Of a DNA stretch of 32,000 bases, positions 1-7,730 are shown one piece after another; position 1 is the stretch's first letter; every line of letters begins with the position of its first letter. The translations under genes were made by a program, and so were the position numbers. The stretch is from an uncultured Erysipelotrichaceae bacterium (GTDB taxonomy: Bacteria; Bacillota_I; Bacilli_A; Erysipelotrichales; Erysipelotrichaceae): contig CAYNZZ010000009.1 in NCBI GenBank assembly GCA_964401865.1, forward strand, positions 1-32,000, read 5' to 3'. The notes beneath the pieces are model-generated. The model saw only the letters and a list, made by a program, of their open reading frames with translations, ran no database searches and was not told the DNA's origin.

Positions 1-3000
1 GGCCTGCTCAGCTCGTCCGCTTATCCTTATTCCTCCAACAATGTTACAACGGATCAGGAAATCTATATCCGTCTGCCAGAGAAGATAACTGTTGAAAATC
101 TAAAACTGTATCAGGAGGTCGGTAGAATAGCGGATAAGGTTTTTCTGCTCGATTTGGTTATGGAAACAGTAGATAATCCTACAAGAATAGAAATACCCAA
201 AGACGATTATGAGATTACAATAAATGATGACAGTAAAACCGGTTATAAATTGTACAAGATCACCTTTACAAATACTGATAACCCCGCAAAGGTTGGCTGG
301 TTCACCGATGGGCTGGGGCAGTACCAGATTGGGATTTCCTTTGATATGAATATCGCCAAGGATGCCGATGCCATGACCCTCGATATGAGAGACTGTGTAC
401 GGTTCAAGAGTGCATCCCTGACCTCCACATCCAACAATGGTACCCTGGCACAATATCAGGTTATGGATGAGGGGGTGCGGTACAGCACATTTAACGTCAA
501 CGCAAAGGGTACGAAATTGTCTGTTGTGGCGGCTCGGCTAGGCTTGACCTTTACTTTTGGCGCAAGAATAACGGAAAAGGATTCTAAAGCTGAGTTTGAT
601 ACGGCGAAGTATTCCAACTTTGAGAATGACAAGCAAAAGGTCTATTTGAAAGACGCAGATCACGTAGTGGACATGCTTTTCACCCTGAAGAATGAAACCG
701 GGAGGGAGTTTTCCAAGGAGGACGCCCATGCTTTCTATTACTTTATTCCGGTGCCTAAGAAAGGCGACTTGTGGGACAGCCATATGCAGGATCAGGCATT
801 TGAATTTGATATGAGTCTGACCCGTGCGCCGGAGCTTCAGGGAATTTCTAAGGATCACATCCTGGTCACCTACGCTACGGATATCAAATCCGGGGCGCAG
901 GCGGGTGAAGAGAAGCATTACACCAATACGGCTAACTACAAGACAGAGGAAAAGCTTTTAGAGGGGTGTACTACCGATAAAGAAAAGGTTGCGAGGTGGA
1001 AAGAAGTCAAAATGATCCGCATTGCGGCAAAAACTGGTATTGATTCAATCCCGAAAAACGCCGACCTGAAAGTCAACATGCGTTTGGAGCCGACGTTTAA
1101 TAAGAACGCGGATTTGGTAGGCAGCGAGATAAATTTTGGTCCATGTGGTGTGTCCCCTTATTCTGTAGGTGCTACACAAAATCAAGGTCACAATCCATTG
1201 CCTCGCATTCAGGTTGAATTCCAAACAGGCAGTATTGCGGGAAAGTTTTTTATTGATAAAAATTATAATGGGATATACGATGAAACTTGTGATGAAATAG
1301 TCTCAAATGAAAAATGCGACATGATAAAGATCGCTGCCGACCATGTGAATGGAAATGAAAGCTGTAGCGAATCTCATGAAACAAATGCTTCAAAAGGAGT
1401 ATTTACTTTTGGTGGTCGTAGAGCAGATACTTATCATGTAACGGTTTCGATTCCTAATAGTTCCAACGATGCAAATAGTAATAATCCATTGAAATTCTCA
1501 CTTCCAGAAAGCGGAGGAGAGTTCTTACTAGATAATGACAAAAATGTCGCTACTGCCACCGTTATTCTAGATGTGAACAAACAACCAAATAATATTAAAG
1601 AAGCACAGGAATTGATGATTGGGCTTCAAACGCCTCATAAAGTAACATTTAATACACCAAATGGGAAAGGAAATATTTCTTCCGTTAAGGTGTGGTATGG
1701 TGAAAAACTAACTAATGTTCCGCAGGTAACAGCTGAATCAGGATATCGTTTTATTGACAGTTGGAAAGTCGGAGACAAAACTTACTCCACCGATGCTTTA
1801 AAAGGCTTAATTATTGAGGATGACTTAACTGTCACTGCTGAAATTAAAAAATTATATTCGTTAAGTTATGACAAAAATGACTTTGACGGAAAAAATGATG
1901 TAAAAGGCGATGTACCAACCTCTTCTCAACACATTGAAGGCGAGAAAGTTATACCTAAGTACGACGGCACAAATACTTTGAAAAAGGGCGAGAATACTGT
2001 TTTTGCAGGATGGAGCGAAACACAGATAAAAAAGATTCTTTTGGAAGATGCAACCCAGGATGATATTAACAAAATTATTTCAGCAGATGAACATGTAATG
2101 CCGGATAGAGATATTACTCTTTATGCTGTATATGCAATAGATGCCAACAAAAATGGCAATCCAGATTACAACGATGATGCGGTTCATGTTCGTTATCATG
2201 GAAATAATGGTGATTATAAGGATATTATCTGTCCTCACCATCATGTAATAGGCGCAAAAGCAAAGCTTTCTACCAGTGGTATGGTTAATGGCAAAATTTT
2301 GTCACACACTGACTCAGCAGATACCGTTGTTGCAAGCGAAATAAAAGAACATACTTTTGCTTACGGTTCAAACATTTTTGTTGGCTGGAGCACGACACCG
2401 ATATTAGATACCGTCATAGAAACCAATAAAGATTATGAAAAATTGAAGAGTAGTATTGTGACAGAGGAGGTTACTATGCTAGCAAAGCCAGGCGTCGATG
2501 TTTCTGTTGATGATGCCAAAGACACCAGTAAGTATGCTGATGCTGATGGTAACACTAATGTATATGCTGTATGGGCCGCCGACCGCAACGGGAATAAAAC
2601 GGCGGACTATCTGGAAGAGTATACGCTGACCTACGATGGCAATGCCCAGCAGGGCGGTACTGTCAGTGCTGTACCTACGGATAACAGCATTTACATCCCT
2701 GGAGACAAGGCAACGCTAAGCATAAATACACCTACCCACAGCGATGTGGACGGCAAGAAGGTTGTCTTTATCGGCTGGACTGAAGCGCAGACGAATTCAA
2801 TTTTCAGCCGCGCAGACAACGCACCGACAACAGTCACTGAGGTTACCTTCGGCAGTGACAACAAGAAAATTTACGCCGCATGGGGCTATGATGAAAATGG
2901 CAACGGAACAGCCGATGTGCTGGAGACCTATACACTCACTTATGACCTCAACGGCGGCAACGAAGCTACACCGACAGCGGTATCGGGCATTAAAAAGAAC

Positions 3001-3537
3001 ACCGAGGTCAAATTGACAGATGAGAAGAATTTTACCAGAAATCCTAACGAAATTTTTGTGGGATGGAGTGTGAAGCAATACCATGATGCATTTACAGCAG
3101 AATCTAAAGAGGAAGACATAGATAAATTTTTAATTCCTCCTAAAGCGGAATTTAGGATTGTGGCATCAGATGTAACTCTTTATGCAGTTTGGGCACTTGA
3201 TGAAAACGGTGATAGTGTTCCTGATTACAAGAATACCTATACTATAACTTATAATTTAAATGGAGGTGTTGGTACTGATGGTGTGAATTATTCCGATGAG
3301 AAAGTAAAAACTGGCGCAACTATTGTAGTTAAACAAGCTCCAAAACGAAGAGGATATTCTTTTGTTGGATGGTATGATGGAGTTAAAACTTATTATCCTG
3401 GAGAAAAAGTGAATATCTTAAATGCAGATCTAACGCTAGTGGCTCAATGGAATAAAGATACCGACAATCAGAACAACGACATTCAGATTGTAGTCCCTAA
3501 TACTGCAGCAGTTAATATTAGAAAAGCTGATGAGTAA
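1..3537 (+). CDS. Large secreted/surface adhesin-like repeat protein, 5'-partial (runs off the left edge). It has an unknown N-terminal region, one SdrD-B/Cna-B-like module, and about six Listeria-Bacteroides (Flg_new-type) repeats.
   Basis: Frame 1 has no stop from nt 1, so the ORF-track Met at 154 is not the true start. The stop is TAA at 3535-3537. 'GSIAGKFFIDKNYNGIYDE' looks like the start of an SdrD B-like domain. Repeat units of about 70-100 aa each end in (L/I)YA(V/A)W or LVAQW and carry the G(Y)xFxGW motif typical of Flg_new repeats. No enzyme motifs were seen. Confidence 0.7.
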   Translation, partial: GLLSSSAYPYSSNNVTTDQEIYIRLPEKITVENLKLYQEVGRIADKVFLLDLVMETVDNPTRIEIPKDDYEITINDDSKTGYKLYKITFTNTDNPAKVGWFTDGLGQYQIGISFDMNIAKDADAMTLDMRDCVRFKSASLTSTSNNGTLAQYQVMDEGVRYSTFNVNAKGTKLSVVAARLGLTFTFGARITEKDSKAEFDTAKYSNFENDKQKVYLKDADHVVDMLFTLKNETGREFSKEDAHAFYYFIPVPKKGDLWDSHMQDQAFEFDMSLTRAPELQGISKDHILVTYATDIKSGAQAGEEKHYTNTANYKTEEKLLEGCTTDKEKVARWKEVKMIRIAAKTGIDSIPKNADLKVNMRLEPTFNKNADLVGSEINFGPCGVSPYSVGATQNQGHNPLPRIQVEFQTGSIAGKFFIDKNYNGIYDETCDEIVSNEKCDMIKIAADHVNGNESCSESHETNASKGVFTFGGRRADTYHVTVSIPNSSNDANSNNPLKFSLPESGGEFLLDNDKNVATATVILDVNKQPNNIKEAQELMIGLQTPHKVTFNTPNGKGNISSVKVWYGEKLTNVPQVTAESGYRFIDSWKVGDKTYSTDALKGLIIEDDLTVTAEIKKLYSLSYDKNDFDGKNDVKGDVPTSSQHIEGEKVIPKYDGTNTLKKGENTVFAGWSETQIKKILLEDATQDDINKIISADEHVMPDRDITLYAVYAIDANKNGNPDYNDDAVHVRYHGNNGDYKDIICPHHHVIGAKAKLSTSGMVNGKILSHTDSADTVVASEIKEHTFAYGSNIFVGWSTTPILDTVIETNKDYEKLKSSIVTEEVTMLAKPGVDVSVDDAKDTSKYADADGNTNVYAVWAADRNGNKTADYLEEYTLTYDGNAQQGGTVSAVPTDNSIYIPGDKATLSINTPTHSDVDGKKVVFIGWTEAQTNSIFSRADNAPTTVTEVTFGSDNKKIYAAWGYDENGNGTADVLETYTLTYDLNGGNEATPTAVSGIKKNTEVKLTDEKNFTRNPNEIFVGWSVKQYHDAFTAESKEEDIDKFLIPPKAEFRIVASDVTLYAVWALDENGDSVPDYKNTYTITYNLNGGVGTDGVNYSDEKVKTGATIVVKQAPKRRGYSFVGWYDGVKTYYPGEKVNILNADLTLVAQWNKDTDNQNNDIQIVVPNTAAVNIRKADE
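1636..3460 (+). repeat. In-frame tandem array of about six divergent protein repeats (Flg_new-like), joined by conserved linkers of the form ...YAVW-xDxNGNxxADYLExYTLTYDxNG...
   Basis: Units start near HKVTFNTPNG (1636), LYSLSYDKND, AVHVRYHGNNG, YTLTYDGNAQ, YTLTYDLNGG and YTITYNLNGG. The repeats are diverged at the DNA level, for example YTLTYD is encoded as tatacgctgacctacgat and as tatacactcacttatgac. Confidence 0.65.
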
Positions 3538-3660
3538 TTAGATTTATTAGTAGATATCGATCATGTAATAACAAAATAAAAAGCCAATCAGGAATCTGAT
3601 AAGAATTTTGTTAATTAAATTTGATTGTATTGATGGAAAGTAAGTTCTAATGAATAATAT

Positions 3661-3705
3661 ACTACGAAACAGATGCATAAATTGCACTCGTTTCGTAGTT
3701 TTTAT
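3661..3705 (+). terminator. Rho-independent terminator downstream of the adhesin gene
   Basis: Perfect 10-bp stem, actacgaaac (3661-3670) with gtttcgtagt (3690-3699), followed by a TTTTTAT run. Confidence 0.6.
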
Positions 3706-3835
3706 ATGGTAAAAGTCATGGTGAGGAACGATATTTGAAGGGCTAAAATCATTCGCATTATCTATATTTATTTGTTTATCGATAATGAATGATTGGTAAA
3801 GATTGATAGATTTTTTACTAAACGAAAATAGATTC

Positions 3836-3865
3836 TTAGACGATTATAAACAATAATGATAAAAT
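3836..3865 (+). promoter_or_regulatory. Candidate sigma-A promoter for recG, extended -10 type
   Basis: -35 TTAGAC (3836-3841), 18-nt spacer, TG (3857-3858), -10 TAAAAT (3860-3865). Exactly 6 nt (acttat) separate the -10 from the recG ATG at 3872. Confidence 0.4.
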
Positions 3866-3871
3866 ACTTAT

Positions 3872-5842
3872 ATGAATTTAGAAGTGTTAAAGTTAACTCC
3901 AAGACGCAAAAAGATATTAGATAGTTTGGATATAAAAAGTGTTGAAGAATTGTTGGAATATTATCCCTATCGTTATGAAGAAAATATATCTAAACCTTTT
4001 AATGAATGGATGATTGGCGAAACCATTACATTTGAAGGGCTGATTATTAGCAGTCCCAGTACTTTTCGTTATGGTAGAAAATCAGTAACTCGTTTTAAAG
4101 TGATATCTGACGAAGAAGAATTACTTGTCACAATATTTAATCGTCCATGGTTAAAGGTTAGTAACGATACTATTGTTGTTAAGGGAAAATATGAAGGCGG
4201 AAATAAAGTTACCGCTTTAAACTATTCGTTTAATGAGTTAAATGATGAGCTTGGTATCAAAGCTATTTATTCGTTGAGCGAAGGGGTTAAACAAAGTGAT
4301 ATCGTCGCAATGATGAAAAAAGCTTTGGAAATATATTCGTTTGATGATATCGTGCCTTCTGATTTAATAAGAAAACACCATTTAATAGATAGACAAAAAG
4401 CGATTAGAGAAATTCATTTCCCAAGTGACAAATCGAGCTTGAAAAAGGCTATTAGCCGTTTGAAATATGATGAATTTTTGCGTTTTTATACACTTTTAAA
4501 AGAAATCAAAAACAATAATTTAACTAATAAAAAGCCTAAAGTTTTTAATAGAGAAAAAATATATGAACTAATAAATAGTCTTCCGTTTGAATTAACTACA
4601 GATCAGAAAAAATGTATTGATGAAATACTTAATGATTTATCTTTGCCTAGCACAATTACAAGATTGGTTCAGGGCGATGTCGGATCAGGAAAGACGATAG
4701 TGGCGATTATTGCCTTATATGCGACAGTTTTAAGTGGTCAACAAGGAGCCTTGATGGCACCGACAGAAATTTTGGCTAAACAGCACTATGTATCAATTAA
4801 AGAAATACTAGGCGATTTAAATATTTCTTTACTTTATAGTGATATGAAAGATAGTGATAAAGTCAAAAAAGCAATTAAAAATGGCGAAATAGATATAATT
4901 GTCGGAACACACGCCTTGTTTTCTGATGATGTTGAATATCATGATTTAGGATTGGTGATTGCTGATGAACAGCATCGATTCGGAGTTAAACAAAGACGAA
5001 AATTAAAAGATAAGGGAAAAGACGTTGATTTATTACTGATGTCAGCTACTCCGATACCAAGAACCTTGGCTTCATCAATATATGGAGATATGGATGTATC
5101 AACGATTGAGTCAATGCCAACAGGGCGAAAGGGGTGCGATACTTACTTAATTGAACAGAACAGTATTGTATCTATCATGGATGATATAAAAAATACTTTG
5201 TCTAAAGGAAGGCAGGTTTATATCATTGCTTCGGCTATTGATAAAAGCGACTATTTAAATGTAAAAGATGCGACAAGCTTGTATAATTCATTAATTGAAG
5301 TTATGAAGCCTTATAGATTAGGACTTTTACATGGTAAATTAGATCAGAAAAGTAAAGATGAAATGATGGACTGTTTTTTAAATCAAAAGATTGATGTTTT
5401 GATTTCGACGACAGTGGTTGAGGTTGGTGTGAATGTTAAAAATGCGACAATGATGATTATTTATGATGCTGATCGTTTTGGTTTATCACAACTTCATCAG
5501 TTAAGAGGCCGTATTCAAAGAGGGGATCATAAAGGAACCTGTTATCTTTTAACTGCCAGTAAAGATAAAGAGGCATTAAATAGATTAAAAGTTTTGACTA
5601 GTTCTAATGATGGTTTTTATATCGCTAATGAAGATTTAAAATTAAGGGGTCCCGGCGATATTTTAGGAACTAGACAAAGTGGACTTCCGCCATTTATTTT
5701 AGGTGACATTGTAAACGATATAGATTTTATTCATGCTGCAAAAGAAGATGCTGAAGCAATGCTTATTGACAAAGAAAATGTTGAGTATAAAAATTATTGT
5801 GCAAAAATTAGTGCTTTAGCAACATTAAATAATTTAGATTAA
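3872..5842 (+). CDS. recG: ATP-dependent DNA helicase RecG
   Basis: 656 aa with Walker A 'GDVGSGKT', 'ADEQHRFG', 'SATPIPRT' and 'QLHQLRGRIQRG', plus an N-terminal wedge region with 'YYPYRYE'. An in-frame stop at 3860-3862 fixes the start at 3872. Confidence 0.95.
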   Translation: MNLEVLKLTPRRKKILDSLDIKSVEELLEYYPYRYEENISKPFNEWMIGETITFEGLIISSPSTFRYGRKSVTRFKVISDEEELLVTIFNRPWLKVSNDTIVVKGKYEGGNKVTALNYSFNELNDELGIKAIYSLSEGVKQSDIVAMMKKALEIYSFDDIVPSDLIRKHHLIDRQKAIREIHFPSDKSSLKKAISRLKYDEFLRFYTLLKEIKNNNLTNKKPKVFNREKIYELINSLPFELTTDQKKCIDEILNDLSLPSTITRLVQGDVGSGKTIVAIIALYATVLSGQQGALMAPTEILAKQHYVSIKEILGDLNISLLYSDMKDSDKVKKAIKNGEIDIIVGTHALFSDDVEYHDLGLVIADEQHRFGVKQRRKLKDKGKDVDLLLMSATPIPRTLASSIYGDMDVSTIESMPTGRKGCDTYLIEQNSIVSIMDDIKNTLSKGRQVYIIASAIDKSDYLNVKDATSLYNSLIEVMKPYRLGLLHGKLDQKSKDEMMDCFLNQKIDVLISTTVVEVGVNVKNATMMIIYDADRFGLSQLHQLRGRIQRGDHKGTCYLLTASKDKEALNRLKVLTSSNDGFYIANEDLKLRGPGDILGTRQSGLPPFILGDIVNDIDFIHAAKEDAEAMLIDKENVEYKNYCAKISALATLNNLD

Positions 5843-5856
5843 GGTATAATTGAAAT

Positions 5857-6528
5857 ATGGAAATTTTTGATTTTTTAAATGAACATGGAATAGTTTATAA
5901 AGACAAAGAGTTAATTGCTCAAGCTTTTACTCATTCTTCATATGTAAATGAACATCGTGGTGAGTTACATGATAATGAAAGATTGGAATTCATGGGTGAT
6001 GCAGTATTACAGATTTATTCTGCTAAAGAGCTATTTGAAATCAATCCGCCTTTAAAAGAAGGTGAAATGACGACGAGAAGAGCTAATTTGGTTTGTGAAA
6101 AAATGCTGGCGAAGATAGCTAGAGAATATAAGCTTAATGAATTTCTTAAACTTGGAATTGGCGAAGAAAAAATGGGTGGCAGAGATAGAGACTCTATTAT
6201 TGCGGATATGTTTGAAGCATTTATAGGTGCAGTTTATATCGATACAGATATTGCCAATGTCTTTAAACTATTAGATATTGTTATGAAACATCATATTTAT
6301 GATCTGCAAGAAGTAGATTATAAGACTAAGCTACAGGAATATGTACAAGCTGATTCAAGAAGGTCTATTGATTATGAAGTTATTGATATTGTTGGCCCAA
6401 GCAATAATCCGGAATTTACTGTCGTGGTAAAGGTTGATGGTTTAGTTTATGGAAGCGGTAAGGGTTCAAGTAAAAAAGATGCACAGAAAAATGCTGCTAA
6501 AGACGCATTAGAAAAGATGGCTTTATGA
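5857..6528 (+). CDS. rnc: Ribonuclease III
   Basis: 223 aa with the signature 'NERLEFMGDAVLQ' and a C-terminal dsRBD ('GKGSSKKDAQKNAAKDALEKM'). An in-frame stop at 5851-5853 fixes the start. Confidence 0.95.
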   Translation: MEIFDFLNEHGIVYKDKELIAQAFTHSSYVNEHRGELHDNERLEFMGDAVLQIYSAKELFEINPPLKEGEMTTRRANLVCEKMLAKIAREYKLNEFLKLGIGEEKMGGRDRDSIIADMFEAFIGAVYIDTDIANVFKLLDIVMKHHIYDLQEVDYKTKLQEYVQADSRRSIDYEVIDIVGPSNNPEFTVVVKVDGLVYGSGKGSSKKDAQKNAAKDALEKMAL

Positions 6529-7718
6529 TAGAAGATATTATTAAAGAGTGCTTGTCATGCCCTAATCCTTTATGTGAAAAAGGATGTCCAGTTGGTAATA
6601 AAATTCGTGATTTCATCAAGGCTTTAAAAGAAGATGATTTAAATGAAGCACAAGATATTTTGTATCGTGAAAATCCATATCCACAAATCACTTGTCGTGT
6701 ATGTGCGTATGAGAAACAATGTGAAGGTCATTGTGTTAAACATTTTAAAGGTCAGCCGGTATTGGTTCATGAGATAGAAAAATATATCAGTGATAATAGT
6801 GAATATAAGTATCAGATAAAAGAGTCTAACGGAAGAAAAATTGCCATCATTGGTGCCGGCATTGCTTCTTTATCTTTAGCTAAATTGTTGCTTATCGATG
6901 GTTATAGTGTTGATATATATGAAAGAGAAAAGTTTATAGGCGGAGCTATTGAAACAGGTATTCCACCATTCAGATTTGATCACAGCTTTTTAAAAAATAT
7001 TTATGATGAATTGATTGAATTTAAGGCTAATTTCTATTTTAATACCGTTATTCCCAAAGACATAGATATCAAAGATTTACTCAAGAGATACGATAGAGTA
7101 GTGATTGCTACTGGGGCAAGAAAAGAAAATAAGATGAATATCGAAGGTGAAGAATACTCATTGAGCGGGCTAAAGGTCTTATATGATTTAAATGTTTTAA
7201 AAAGACACAAAGATTATGCTTATGGCAAAGCATTGGTAGTAGGTGGAGGCAATGTGGCTATTGATGTAGCTAGAAGTTTAAAAAGAATTGTAAAAGATGT
7301 TACCATTATTTATCGTCGTAGTGAAAAAGAAATGCCAGCTAACTTGTCTGAAATAACTGAAGCGAAAAAAGATGGCATTGTATTAAACACTTTATCAAAT
7401 CCAACTAAAATAGTTAAAAACTCTGATGGTTCACTTGAAGTTAGCCTAGTGAAAATGGAATTGGGCGAGAAAGATGCAAGCGGTCGGGCTAGTGTTACAG
7501 TTAAAGAAGATAGCGAATACACCGTTAGTACTGATTTAATTGTTATGGCGATCGGACAGAAATATCTTCCATTATATGAGGATATGAAAATAGATAATCA
7601 TATTACTTCTTATGATAGGGTATATGCCGTTGGGGATGCCAATATCGGTCCAAGTACTGTTTCGCATTGCATTGGGGATGCGAAAAAACTAAAGGAATTA
7701 ATTGATTCTTCGTTTTAA
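6525..7718 (+). CDS. GltD-family (glutamate synthase small-subunit-like) Fe-S / FAD / NAD(P)H oxidoreductase with no large-subunit partner nearby
   Basis: 397 aa. N-terminal Cys clusters 'CLSCPNPLCEKGCP' and 'CRVCAYEKQCEGHC', plus two dinucleotide folds 'IAIIGAGIASL' and 'LVVGGGNVAIDVA'. The start overlaps the rnc stop (ATGA). Confidence 0.8.
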   Translation: MIEDIIKECLSCPNPLCEKGCPVGNKIRDFIKALKEDDLNEAQDILYRENPYPQITCRVCAYEKQCEGHCVKHFKGQPVLVHEIEKYISDNSEYKYQIKESNGRKIAIIGAGIASLSLAKLLLIDGYSVDIYEREKFIGGAIETGIPPFRFDHSFLKNIYDELIEFKANFYFNTVIPKDIDIKDLLKRYDRVVIATGARKENKMNIEGEEYSLSGLKVLYDLNVLKRHKDYAYGKALVVGGGNVAIDVARSLKRIVKDVTIIYRRSEKEMPANLSEITEAKKDGIVLNTLSNPTKIVKNSDGSLEVSLVKMELGEKDASGRASVTVKEDSEYTVSTDLIVMAIGQKYLPLYEDMKIDNHITSYDRVYAVGDANIGPSTVSHCIGDAKKLKELIDSSF

Positions 7719-7730
7719 GGAGGATATTTC

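Noticed and set aside
100-3084. Antisense or alternate-frame ORFs inside the adhesin gene (100-453, 243-437, 538-918, 2744-3016, 2797-3084)
   Set aside because: All lie within the GC-richer blocks of a long, well-supported frame-1 ORF, where stop codons are rarer. The translations are low-complexity or Cys/Arg-rich with no motifs, which is typical of shadow ORFs.
3490-3537. 'VVPNTAAVNIRKADE*' at the adhesin C-terminus, which resembles an LPxTG/LPNTA-type sortase motif
   Set aside because: Only 10 residues follow the motif, with no hydrophobic span or basic tail, so it cannot be a functional sorting signal. At best it is a truncated remnant, which cannot be decided without homologues.
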